This document shows positions 1 to 9,001 of a stretch of 64,000 nt of DNA, piece after piece; position 1 is the first letter of the stretch; the number at the start of each line of letters is the position of its first letter. The stretch is taken from contig OY970261.1 in the NCBI GenBank assembly GCA_963715635.1, forward strand, positions 3,121,011 through 3,185,010. The letters are read 5' to 3'. The stretch comes from Candidatus Aminicenantes bacterium. GTDB lineage: Bacteria > Acidobacteriota > Aminicenantia > Aminicenantales > UBA4085. A program made the position numbers and the translations under genes. Under the pieces are notes generated by a model. It was not told the origin of the DNA and did not search any database. It saw only the letters and a program-made list of their open reading frames with translations.

Positions 1-76
1 CATAATACAGGCTTTCAAATATTTAATTCATCTCCGCAAAAATCATCGAAAGTTTGAGACCGAAGGAATAGGAAAA

Positions 77-1960
77 ATGAAAGGAAAAATTAAAATGAAA
101 ACACTAAAATCAATTGCATTAATAGCTACTCTACTCTTTGTAGCAATTCAAACATCACTTGCCCAGGAAATATTTGACGCGGCAAAAGCCGATGACTTTG
201 CCAGGGTAAAAGCGTTAATTGAAAAAGACACCTCCCTTGTTAATTACAAAGACAACGCAGGCAATACTCCGCTTCATCAGGCGGCCATAAGCGGCTCAAT
301 TGAAATAGCGGAATTCCTTTTGTCTCGAGGAGCCGATATCAATTCTGCTAACATACGGAAAAACACCCCTCTGCATGAAGCCGTTAATGCTGGCAAAAAG
401 AACATCTCCAGATTACTGATTGAGAGGGGTGCCGATATTAATCAGATAAACTTGAATAGAGAAACCCCTCTTCATCGAGCGGCATGGCTTAATCAAAGGG
501 AGATCGGTGAATTGTTAATTGCCAAAGGAGCGTCCATCGATCCACGGGATTTCTATCAACGCACACCATTTATGTATGTAGCGAGACAATCGGGTGACGT
601 TGAATTCGGGAAGCTCCTGCTCAGCAAAGGCGCAAATATTAATTTGAAAGACCGGGATAACCAAATGGCTTTGAATTTAGCCGCCTGGAGGGGATTCAAT
701 CGCTTTATTGATTTTTTATTGAACCATGGAGCTGAATATGATACCACCCGTGAAGGAGCTCGCATCATGCTTTCGTCAGCCGCGGACTGTGGGTCGCTCC
801 GATTGTTTAAGGTGGTGCTGGAGAGGGAAAAAGAATTGAAAGCGGACGAATCCTTTATGAAAAACATCATGCGGTCTGCGATTATGGGGGGATCAGTTGA
901 TATAGTGCAACTGCTCTTGAAACAGCACATTCCATTGGACAATACGGCAAACAGATATGGCTGGACCCCCATGCACTATGCCGCGGCCAGAGGACATACG
1001 GCCATGATTCGTTTTCTTGCTGAAAGAAAATTCGATATCAATAAGCGGACGCTTTCTGGAAAATCAGTCTATAATATCGCCGAAGAAAATAATCGGATTG
1101 AAGTGATTGGAACAATCAAAGAGCTTAAAGGCGATACCAGTCCAGAGAGATTTCCCGAATTAACTGGTGCTTGCCTTGGTCAGACCCATCCCGTAGGTGA
1201 GCTGGCATTATTTGCTCCCGATATCGTTTCAAGCTCGAATGGCGATGATAATCATGGCAGCATCGCCTTCATGCCCGATGGGAAAGAAATCTACTGGAAT
1301 ATGAGAAACAAAATATGGCTGACAAAACTGGAAAACCTGAAATGGACCAAACCCGCCATCGTTTCATTCTGTCGAGAGGATTCACTCATGTATGACAATC
1401 CGTTTATTACCTCGGACGGGAAGCGAATGTTCTTTTCCTCAACCCGTCCCGGGGCAGTCTCTGAGAAAAAGGAAAATATCTGGTACGTAGAGAGAACCTC
1501 ATCCGGTTGGTCTGAACCGAAACCGGTCAGCTCCGAAGTGAACGCCATGCAATTACACTGGAGTATCTCGGTGTCGAATGCCGGAACGCTCTATTTTGGA
1601 GGAAGAGGGGAGGAAAATTACGGAGAATATGACATTTACTATTCGCAACTGGTAAATGGGGCATATACGAAGCCGGTCAATATGGGGGCGGAGATCAACG
1701 GCGAGGGGACCGATCATTGCCCCTATATTGCGCCGGATGAATCCTATATAATTTTTTCGAGATTTGGTGATGCCGGGGCCGGATTTTTTATCAGCTACAA
1801 AGATAAATCGGGCAAGTGGCTAGCGCCGGTAAAAATCCATGAAGAGCTGGAGGGGGCATGTCCGTTGATATCGCCGGATGGAAAGTTCTTCTTTCTGAAT
1901 TCTGACGGTATATTCTGGATGCCGGCAAAATTTGTTGAAGGTTTGAGACCGAAGAAATAA
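77..1960 (+). CDS. Secreted ankyrin-repeat protein fused to a PD40/TolB-like beta-propeller domain
   Basis: 627-aa ORF. N-terminal hydrophobic signal peptide (MKTLKSIALIATLLFVAIQTSLA). At least 8 ankyrin repeats (TPLHQAA, TPLHEAV, TPLHRAA, GWTPMHYAAARGH). C-terminal half has PD40-like motifs (FITSDGKRMFFSSTRPG, YIAPDESYIIFSRFG, ISPDGKFFF). Confidence 0.75.
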   Translation: MKGKIKMKTLKSIALIATLLFVAIQTSLAQEIFDAAKADDFARVKALIEKDTSLVNYKDNAGNTPLHQAAISGSIEIAEFLLSRGADINSANIRKNTPLHEAVNAGKKNISRLLIERGADINQINLNRETPLHRAAWLNQREIGELLIAKGASIDPRDFYQRTPFMYVARQSGDVEFGKLLLSKGANINLKDRDNQMALNLAAWRGFNRFIDFLLNHGAEYDTTREGARIMLSSAADCGSLRLFKVVLEREKELKADESFMKNIMRSAIMGGSVDIVQLLLKQHIPLDNTANRYGWTPMHYAAARGHTAMIRFLAERKFDINKRTLSGKSVYNIAEENNRIEVIGTIKELKGDTSPERFPELTGACLGQTHPVGELALFAPDIVSSSNGDDNHGSIAFMPDGKEIYWNMRNKIWLTKLENLKWTKPAIVSFCREDSLMYDNPFITSDGKRMFFSSTRPGAVSEKKENIWYVERTSSGWSEPKPVSSEVNAMQLHWSISVSNAGTLYFGGRGEENYGEYDIYYSQLVNGAYTKPVNMGAEINGEGTDHCPYIAPDESYIIFSRFGDAGAGFFISYKDKSGKWLAPVKIHEELEGACPLISPDGKFFFLNSDGIFWMPAKFVEGLRPKK

Positions 1961-1970
1961 ATTGAACCAA

Positions 1971-1990
1971 CCCCGGACTTACGTCCGGGG
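1971..1990 (+). repeat. Subterminal hairpin of IS200-like element (CCCCGGAC-TTAC-GTCCGGGG)
   Basis: Perfect 8-bp stem, 4-nt loop. Identical copy at 2471-2490. Confidence 0.7.
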
Positions 1991-1994
1991 ATTC

Positions 1995-2423
1995 CTAAAG
2001 AGCAAGCTTCGCTTGTCCTAAGTCTTCTCGTTCCTGATGTTTGACGTACTCGAGGATTGTCTTTTCGTCCAAGCCCACTGTGCTCACGAAATATCCAACC
2101 GACCATATCCCCCCTCGACCCCAGTACCGCTTCCTGATAAATTCGAACTTCTCGTACAGAGCCCGCCCCGTATTGTGTTTGATGATCTGGACCACCTGCG
2201 CAATACTGTACTTGGGTGGAAAGCTGATCACTATATGCACGTGGTCGGATTGGATATTTCGTTCCAGATACTCGATTTCCGGGTACTTTTTTCGAATCTC
2301 GTCCATCTTGACCTTCAGGTACTCGTCGACACCGTCCACCAGAATCTTGTATCGATACCTGGGGATCCAGACGATGTGATACATGCATCTGAATGCACAG
2401 TGGGCTTGTTTCCGGATATCCAC
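1995..2423 (-). CDS. tnpA: IS200/IS605 family transposase TnpA (Y1 HuH)
   Basis: 142 aa. Motifs YHIVWIPRYRYKIL and HVHIVISFPPKYSIAQVVQIIKHNTGRALYEKF (the HuH His pair plus a downstream Tyr) are typical of IS200-like transposases. Confidence 0.8.
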   Translation of the reverse strand: MDIRKQAHCAFRCMYHIVWIPRYRYKILVDGVDEYLKVKMDEIRKKYPEIEYLERNIQSDHVHIVISFPPKYSIAQVVQIIKHNTGRALYEKFEFIRKRYWGRGGIWSVGYFVSTVGLDEKTILEYVKHQEREDLGQAKLAL

Positions 2424-2470
2424 GTTCGGATTCTTTCATATCTGTCCGAAGACTTAGGAACTCATTCCAT

Positions 2471-2490
2471 CCCCGGACTTACGTCCGGGG
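2471..2490 (+). repeat. Second copy of IS200-like hairpin
   Basis: Identical to 1971-1990, same orientation. Confidence 0.7.
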
Positions 2491-2566
2491 ATTTGCGGAG
2501 GTACTTTAAACAAAGAAAAATAAAAACGTGAAATTCTGGAATCCAGGAGGTTTAGGAGGTGACGAA

Positions 2567-2767
2567 ATGAAAGCCAAATTCGCAGCCATCTTCCTCGGCT
2601 TAATATTAAGAGGATGACATCAGCGTGACGCCCACGAAAAGAATCATCAAGCGTTTCGAGGACGTCAAGCAGAACGTCCCCTTCTGGATGAGTCCCGATT
2701 TCAAGTATGTCCGGCACGAACTCAAGGATCTGGAAATCAAATTCGCCCGCTGCGGCGAAGTCGCCTT
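2567..2767 (+). pseudogene. Internally deleted partial duplicate of the NTF2-like gene at 4623-5178
   Basis: 2567-2598 matches 4623-4662 (RBS GAGGTGA plus ATGAAAGCCAAATTCGCAGCCATCTT.CTCGGCTTAATATT). 2603-2762 is nearly identical to 4871-5033. Reading from the ATG hits a stop after 17 codons. Confidence 0.7.
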
Positions 2768-3056
2768 AATCGCCGAGCCAGAAGAATCCTAAAAAGTCAT
2801 GAGGATCCAACGTGTCATCGTTCAGAACCCTGCGCTTATGGAATAAGAACGGATCAGCTGACGCCGATAACGTGCGGTTGAAGGAAAGACGGGGGCGTTT
2901 GAATACGTATCCCGTTAAAGCGCGGCTGATCCGATTCGTCCCTTTCCCTTGACGATCTCGACAAGGAGTTCATAATGAAGACATCGTGAATTCCCAGCCG
3001 AATTGGGGAACTCAAGGTGATGGAGGAGTCTTCAAGGCCGAGGGAGGAGGCGCATC

Positions 3057-4574
3057 ATGAAGAGGATCAAGGGCTTAATTCTCTGGACCGTTTTAGTTAT
3101 CCCGGCGTTTGCCGCCGATGTCCATGAAGCGGCTAAAGCGGGGGACCTTCAGAAGGTCAAGGCGCTGGTCAAGGCCAATCCGAGCGAGGTGAATCTCAAA
3201 GATCGGTCCGGAAGGACTCCTCTGCACTGGGCCGCCCGGAATGATCATCTCGGCATCGCAGATTTCCTTTTGAACAGCGGCGTAGATGTCAAGGCGGTAG
3301 ACAATCCCGGATATACGGCCCTTTATTATTCGGTTTGGCTGGGACGGAATGTCGAAATCGCAAAGCAGCTGATCAGCCGGGGCTCTGATGTCAACTTCCA
3401 TAAGGACGACACGTCCTTGCTTTTTCTCGCGTCCCGGGAAGGAAAAGGAGAAATCGCGGCGATGTTGATCGCTCACGGAGCGAGGGTGAACGATCCCGAC
3501 ATCGTCGGCAAAACGCCGCTCCATATTTCGGTGGAGGGGAAATACCAAAATATCGTCGAGCTTCTCCTGAACAACGGCGCGAGCCCGTCGGCGAAAGACA
3601 AGTTGGGGAGAACCGCCCTCCATCAATCGTCCATCGAAGGATATTTGAAAATAACCGAGCTATTGTTGGCATCTGGGGCCCGGGTGAATGAAAAGGATAC
3701 GGCGGGGAAGACGCCGCTCGATTATGCCCGAAAACACGGAAACGAAATCGTGGCGCGGCTGCTGAAGACAAAGGGAGGGAAAGCCGGAGAAGAGGCCGGC
3801 CAATTCGGCTTTTCTCCGTGGCTGGGCAAAAAACTGGCGGTGGATGAAGCGGTCATCTGGTATCTGGGTTATGCGGGGTGGGCCATAAAAATCCAAAGCA
3901 CGTTCCTGATATTCGATTATTGGGAAAGGGGAAAATCCGACCAGCCTCTTCTCGCCAACGGGCGGATCAATCCCGAAGAGATTAAGGATCTTGATGTCTA
4001 TGTCTTCACTTCGCATGCTCACAAGGATCATTATGATGAGATCATTTTTCGTTGGGAGAATAGCGTTGGCCGAATAACATACGTTTTCGGCTGGCCCAAC
4101 GAAAGGGGCAAAAAACACGTCTGCCTTTCCCCGAGGGAAAAGAAAAAGACCGGAGAGATTGAAGTTCTGTCGGTGAACTCGCCCGAAGCGGATCCCCTCG
4201 ACAATGCCTTTCTCGTCAAGGCGGACAGCCTCATGATTTATCACGGGGGCGATTATGGCCCCTTGGGCGGGATTGAGAAAATCGAGTCCTTTTATGATCA
4301 AGACATGAGATTTCTACAAGAAAAAGCGAACCGCCTCGATATCATGTTCTTGGCCGGCCGATTGATCGGCGGCCAAGTGCCCAAGTATATTAATTTTTCT
4401 ATTGAAACGACCGGACCGCGAATTTTATTCCCCATGCATTATCAAAGCAGCGAATACCAATTCCGGAAACTCTCGGACGAGATCGCCAAGTCCGGCTATC
4501 GGACAAAGGTCATCCCCCCTGAAGATCGGGGGGATTTATACAGCTATCGAGACGGAACAGCACAAAAATACTGA
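3057..4574 (+). CDS. Secreted ankyrin-repeat protein fused to an MBL-fold metallo-hydrolase domain
   Basis: 505 aa. Signal peptide (LILWTVLVIPAFAADV). Ankyrin repeats (TPLHWAARNDH, TALYYSV, TPLHISV, TALHQSS, TPLDYARKHG). C-terminal HxHxDH-type motif TSHAHKDHYD. Strong RBS GAGGGAGGAGG. Confidence 0.7.
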   Translation: MKRIKGLILWTVLVIPAFAADVHEAAKAGDLQKVKALVKANPSEVNLKDRSGRTPLHWAARNDHLGIADFLLNSGVDVKAVDNPGYTALYYSVWLGRNVEIAKQLISRGSDVNFHKDDTSLLFLASREGKGEIAAMLIAHGARVNDPDIVGKTPLHISVEGKYQNIVELLLNNGASPSAKDKLGRTALHQSSIEGYLKITELLLASGARVNEKDTAGKTPLDYARKHGNEIVARLLKTKGGKAGEEAGQFGFSPWLGKKLAVDEAVIWYLGYAGWAIKIQSTFLIFDYWERGKSDQPLLANGRINPEEIKDLDVYVFTSHAHKDHYDEIIFRWENSVGRITYVFGWPNERGKKHVCLSPREKKKTGEIEVLSVNSPEADPLDNAFLVKADSLMIYHGGDYGPLGGIEKIESFYDQDMRFLQEKANRLDIMFLAGRLIGGQVPKYINFSIETTGPRILFPMHYQSSEYQFRKLSDEIAKSGYRTKVIPPEDRGDLYSYRDGTAQKY

Positions 4575-4622
4575 TATATCCATTATTCTTTCTGTTCGGA
4601 AAGGAAATCATGAGGTGAAGAA

Positions 4623-5178
4623 ATGAAAGCCAAATTCGCAGCCATCTTTCTCGGCTTAATATTGAGCTATTTCTCATTCTGTCAGCCAGCCGATTCCAAA
4701 CCGTCTGACTCGGACGCTCACCTTGGCCTGGCGCGGACGAGCCTCTCAAGTTGCCGTCCAACAAGCCGAAGGCCAAGACGCGGAGAAGCAGAAGATCGCC
4801 CGGGTCATCAGCTCGGTGATCGGCTGGGCGAAGACCAAAGACCTCAACCTTTTCTACAGCTCGATCGCCAATGACGAGGATTACATCAGCGTGACGCCCA
4901 CGAAAAGAATCATCAAGCGTTTCGAGGACGTCAAGCAGAACGTCCCCTTCTGGATGAGTCCCGATTTCAAGTATGTCCGGCACGAACTCAAGGATCTGGA
5001 AATCAAATTCGCCCGCTGCGGCGAAGTCGCCTGGTTTTTCTGCGTCCTCGACGACATCAACACCTACAAGGGCGAGCCGGCCACTTGGGAGAACACCCGC
5101 TGGACCGGCGTCGTGGAGAAACGAGACGGCCGCTGGGTCGTCGTCTCGCAGCATTTCTCGTTCGCCAGTGACCGATAA
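4623..5178 (+). pseudogene. Secreted NTF2-like (SnoaL/DUF4440-like) protein gene with an apparent frameshift between signal peptide and domain
   Basis: ATG at 4623 with an RBS encodes MKAKFAAIFLGLILSYFSFC (signal-peptide-like). That frame then degenerates. The NTF2-like domain (EKQKIARVISSVIGWAKTKDLNLFYSS...WENTRWTGVVEKRDGRWVVVSQHF) is open in a different frame from about 4724 (TTG) to 5178. Confidence 0.55.
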
Positions 5179-5203
5179 ACGGGAACTCGCCTGAGTCCAT
5201 GGA

Positions 5204-5869
5204 ATGAGGGACGCGGTCGTAAAGTTTTGGGGACTGAAGCTAGCGGCCTGCCGGAAGGCCCTCGAGGAAAACGGCTTCGATGCCCATATCGTCCCTGATC
5301 CGGATGCGGCCAGAGAACTCATCTTGGAAACGGTCATTCCGCAGACCAAAGCGACGACGGTGTCATATGGGGGGTCCATCACCATTGAGGCCACGAACAT
5401 CCTGGCCGAGGTTCGCCGGCACCCTGGGCTCAAAATGGTTGAAACCATGAATGTCCCGGGGCCGCGGGAAGTCCGCATGGAACGGTGTCGGGAAGCGCTC
5501 CTGGTCAACCTTTTCCTGACCGGAACGAATGCCGTGACCGAGTCTGGAATGCTCGTCAACCTGGACATGTGGGGCAATCGGGTGGGAGCGCTCGCTTACG
5601 GCCCCCGGCACGTTGTCGTCGTGGCCGGCCGCAACAAGCTGGCGGAGAACCTCGAGGCAGCCAGGGCCAGGGTCCGCCGCTTGGCTGCTCCCATGAACGC
5701 GATCCGCCACGACCTCCACACCCCGCGCCCGACTCCCTGCGTTTCCACGGGCGTTTGCGCGGACTGCCGGAGCGAGTGGCGGATCTGCAACACATGGCTC
5801 ATCACGGCCAAATCATTTCCTCCGGGACGGATCAAGGTCGTCCTCGTCAACGAGGACCTTGGCTTCTGA
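5204..5869 (+). CDS. LUD-domain (LutC/YkgG-like lactate-utilization family) protein
   Basis: 221 aa. Recalled resemblance to the LUD/DUF162 family (TTVSYGGSITIEATNIL...TGTNAVTESGMLVNLD...VVVAGRNKLAENLEAA). Confidence 0.45.
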   Translation: MRDAVVKFWGLKLAACRKALEENGFDAHIVPDPDAARELILETVIPQTKATTVSYGGSITIEATNILAEVRRHPGLKMVETMNVPGPREVRMERCREALLVNLFLTGTNAVTESGMLVNLDMWGNRVGALAYGPRHVVVVAGRNKLAENLEAARARVRRLAAPMNAIRHDLHTPRPTPCVSTGVCADCRSEWRICNTWLITAKSFPPGRIKVVLVNEDLGF

Positions 5870-6187
5870 AAGCGGGCAAGGTTGCTGATGAAGAAACGAC
5901 GGGATCGGCCTCGCTCCCGCCATCGTCCTTTGGAAGGCTAAGGCCAACCGGCAGAAATGAAATTTGAACTCAAAATAGAGGAGTTAAGTAAAGGAAAAGA
6001 AACATTTTATCGGAATCGTATTATCCCTTTTAATGGTCTCCATGGGCTTCTTCTTCCAGATGTGTTCCCAAGATCATGTTGGCGTGCTAGAAATGACGGT
6101 TTAAATTCTGAGAAGTCGTCGTCCCCGTCCCGCAGGTGAAGCGGGGGCGTTAGGTGCCTCAGTTGCAATGAATATCTATTTCTGTGA

Positions 6188-7018
6188 TTGGCAATAGGAG
6201 TGATTAAGGAGAGCATTTTGAAAAAAATAAAGGGTATTGCCGTCCGACGACCGTTCCTTTTTGTGATATTCCTAATTTTGAGCTCGCTGATTGTAGAAGT
6301 TGTCGCGGGTATTCTGACAGCAATGTTATTGCATGTGAAGCAAGCAGATCCTGTATTTGCTCCCGTTGTACTACTCATTACCACGCTTTATCTCGTATTC
6401 ATCCTCTGGTCCTTTGCGTGGTTAAAAGCCGCAGGAGTCGCGTCTTTGGGAAGCTGGAAAGGGTGGGGGATGACTCTCGTGCTGCTAATCTATTACCTTC
6501 TTGAACTTATTTTTTCATTCTTCGGCAAGTTTACCTTCACTGTGCCTATCGCTGCGGTGAGCGGATTAAGGGTGCCCAGCATGTTCCTTGTTGCTGTGTT
6601 CGAGGAGCTCTTATTTCGTGGATTCGTTCTATGTGCATTGGTAAGTGTTTGGGGTGCAACCAGAAAAGGAATATTGAAAGCCGTTATCATATCAGCCTTT
6701 CTCTTTAGCGCAGTCCATGCCCTCAATGCTATTGCCGGAAACTCTAGCGAGGCTCTTGGACAAATGGCAATCGCACTATTCGAAAGTATATGGCTGGCCG
6801 CTATTGTTCTTCGCTGGGGAAGCATATGGCCAGTCGTCTTCGTTCATGGAGTCACAAACTGGGTATTACAAACAAAGGCCCTTGGTTACGCTGATTACTA
6901 CGGAACAGCGAGTTCTTATGCATTCGCGGTCTTGCTTGGGCTGCCACTTGTTGCTTTGGGTGTATGGTGGATTTTACGAGGTTCTCTTTGGTATCAACAT
7001 GGAGCAAGAGGCACCTAA
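6188..7018 (+). CDS. CPBP family intramembrane glutamic endopeptidase (CAAX protease/Abi family)
   Basis: 276 aa, multiple TM segments. EELLFRG and FSAVHALN motifs. Start is ambiguous: TTG at 6188, or TTG at 6221 preceded by AAGGAG. Confidence 0.75.
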   Translation: MAIGVIKESILKKIKGIAVRRPFLFVIFLILSSLIVEVVAGILTAMLLHVKQADPVFAPVVLLITTLYLVFILWSFAWLKAAGVASLGSWKGWGMTLVLLIYYLLELIFSFFGKFTFTVPIAAVSGLRVPSMFLVAVFEELLFRGFVLCALVSVWGATRKGILKAVIISAFLFSAVHALNAIAGNSSEALGQMAIALFESIWLAAIVLRWGSIWPVVFVHGVTNWVLQTKALGYADYYGTASSYAFAVLLGLPLVALGVWWILRGSLWYQHGARGT

Positions 7019-7280
7019 CACTAGCTCCACCGGACAGGCCTTCGGCCTGCCATTAAGCCAGACCGTTGGAGGGGATAATAATTTGCTTTAACGGGAGCGC
7101 CGCGAATTCCCGCTCCGGGCGCTGAGACTCCCCCTTTGACCACGCCGGAAATATACTCCGGCCGTTGGCCGTGTCAATTAATTCCCGCTTCATTCGCGGA
7201 AAACGACATCCGGCACTCGGACCGGCACGGAACATCCGTCGGCGCGGGCCGAAAGACGCCGGACTCCCGCTCCCTCCTGA

Positions 7281-7724
7281 TCATCCCTCTATGAAATATC
7301 CCTCGCTCTCCTCGGCCGCCATCAGGGCGACCTCGGTCAAAACTCGTGACGGCGGAGGCTTCTCTGCGGCGAAGGTCAGCTTCAGGTGGTCGATGATCCG
7401 GTCCACGGCGGCATAATCGGTGATGAAAGCCACGACCTTCATCTGACCTCCGCATTTGGGGCAGAGGAGGGGATCGACCTCATAGACTTTCCGGATCATC
7501 TCCGCCCAGCCCTTGGAAGGGACAGGCTTGAACTCCTCCTCGACGATCCGGAGCGGCGAAGGCGCCAGGCTCGCCTTCCTGACCTTCCCCCGATGCGCGT
7601 TCGCGTACAGGCCGTAGTACCGGACCATGACCTGCCCCTTGTCGGGAATATGCAACGTCACCCGGGCGATGAACTCCAGGTTTCCGCGAAAATCACCGAA
7701 GAACTGCGGCCGAAGAAATATCAA
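7281..7724 (-). pseudogene. IS91-family transposase, C-terminal fragment
   Basis: 147 aa. About 80% identical at DNA level to the 3-prime third of the IS91-like gene at 10109-11170 (EFIARVTLHIPDKGQVMVRYYGLYANAHRGKV...CPKCGG.MKVVAFITDY). Lacks the HUH and N-terminal regions. Confidence 0.7.
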
Positions 7725-7785
7725 ATCAAATCATTGGCAAGCCTATTCGCCTGCGTTCCCTTAATATTAGCTTTAATTCTGTTAG

Positions 7786-7930
7786 ATGCTGCGGATCTAT
7801 TTCAAGTTCACGCGCCGGCTCTTGGAGGATCTTTGCCGATCGGCGGACAATCCTTTGACGGGGTATTTTAATGCCGTAACGGGGAAAAGATCTCGCCTCT
7901 GGGGTCATCGCCGCCATCCGGACCTTCGGG
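7786..7930 (+). pseudogene. IS91-family transposase internal fragment, inverted relative to 7281-7724
   Basis: + strand translation MLRIYFKFTRRLLEDLCRSADNPLTGYFNAVTGKRSRL parallels KMLRVFFKFKRRLLGELCPCALRSLTRYFEAVTGSEL of the 10109-11170 transposase. It is fused in frame to the next gene in the raw ORF call. Confidence 0.55.
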
Positions 7931-8001
7931 GACCGGATCAATGCCGGAATAGAACCTCGTGTCTTTCCCGTTATGAACTCAATTTTCAAAAGAGGTTGCC
8001 G

Positions 8002-8745
8002 ATGAAGAATAGACTAGCTAAGCTTTTTAATTTACTCATCATTGTTTTCGGAGTGATTATTGGCCATATGACATCGTCACAAAATCAAAACGGCATCATT
8101 GTTGAAGAAGCAAAGCCGGTTGAAGACGCTGACGGCCATGTTTACAGAACCGTTAAAATAGGGAATCAGATATGGATGGCAGAGAATCTGAAAACAACCA
8201 GGTATAATGATGGACAGCCGATTCCTCAAGTCACTGATCATAGCGCCTGGGGAGGCCTCAGGGCGCCATCGTACTGTTACTACAATAACGAAGAGACAAA
8301 TCTAGGTGCGTATGGCGCATTATACAATTGGCATGCGGTGAACTCGGGAAAGCTTGCCCCGAAAGAATGGCACATTCCCACCGATGCCGAATGGACAACG
8401 CTCGCTGCCTATCTCGGCGGAGAAGCTGTCGCCGGAGGGAAGATGAAAGAAGCCGGTTTCGCCTATTGGTTGGCGCCTAATGCGGGCGCGGGCAACAGCA
8501 GCGCGTTTTCTGCTCTTCCAGGCGGAGGTCGGGACGACGACGGTGAGTTCAGCGGTCTCGCTTACTTCGCGAATTTCTGGTCGTCGACGGAATCCTCTCC
8601 GTCGAATGCCTGGCGCAGGCACCTGGTCTATGATGACCGGAATGCGCGCCGGGACAACTTCGGCAAAACGATGGGCTTCTCGGTCAGATGTATCAAGGAT
8701 TCGTCGTCCGCCGAAAGCTCAACTTCTGTGGGAATCAGTAAATAG
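8002..8745 (+). CDS. FISUMP (Fibrobacter succinogenes major paralogous) domain protein, membrane-anchored
   Basis: ATG at 8002 after AGAGG. N-terminal TM (LFNLLIIVFGVIIG). Motifs GHVYRTVKIGNQIWMAENL, YGALYNWHA, EWHIPTDAEWTTL, FSALPGGGR, FWSST, GFSVRCIKD. Confidence 0.7.
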   Translation: MKNRLAKLFNLLIIVFGVIIGHMTSSQNQNGIIVEEAKPVEDADGHVYRTVKIGNQIWMAENLKTTRYNDGQPIPQVTDHSAWGGLRAPSYCYYNNEETNLGAYGALYNWHAVNSGKLAPKEWHIPTDAEWTTLAAYLGGEAVAGGKMKEAGFAYWLAPNAGAGNSSAFSALPGGGRDDDGEFSGLAYFANFWSSTESSPSNAWRRHLVYDDRNARRDNFGKTMGFSVRCIKDSSSAESSTSVGISK

Positions 8746-8826
8746 AAGAAGCGCACGTGACAGGTATTGACATCGACACCGGCTCTCTTGCGGGCCAATC
8801 GGCGAAAAATCCCTCCTAAAATAAGA

Positions 8827-8859
8827 AAGGGGATAGTTCTCTTGGGGAACCATCCCCTT
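8827..8859 (+). terminator. Stem-loop downstream of FISUMP gene (AAGGGGAT...ATCCCCTT)
   Basis: 8-bp perfect stem followed by CTTAGTTTCG. Two further perfect hairpins follow at 8879-8897 and 8920-8939. Confidence 0.35.
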
Positions 8860-9001
8860 CTTAGTTTCGATGCAGATCCCGGATTAAAGAAATCCGGAAG
8901 GCATTTCAGGGTACACGTGCCGAATTCAAGAGAATTCGGCTACACGGCCAGAGAATAGACAGTGGAGGCTTCTGGCCAGGTGTGTGGAGATGGAGGTCAA
9001 G

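Larger units (their letters stand above)
1966..2495 (-). mobile_element. IS200/IS605-family insertion sequence, compact (about 530 bp)
   Basis: Y1 (HuH) transposase gene flanked by two identical 20-nt palindromic hairpins (CCCCGGACTTACGTCCGGGG). Both copies lie on the same strand at 1971-1990 and 2471-2490, as expected for IS200/IS605 left and right ends. Confidence 0.6.

Noticed and set aside
2037-2531. Two + strand ORFs (164 and 112 aa) within the IS200-like element
   Set aside because: Antisense to the well-supported TnpA gene. No motifs.
4510-5577. 355-aa minus-strand ORF (and its short relative 2454-2717)
   Set aside because: Antisense to the NTF2-like and LUD-domain genes. The shared 36-aa stretch with 2454-2717 merely reflects the DNA duplication. 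Arg/Ser/Pro-rich nonsense composition.
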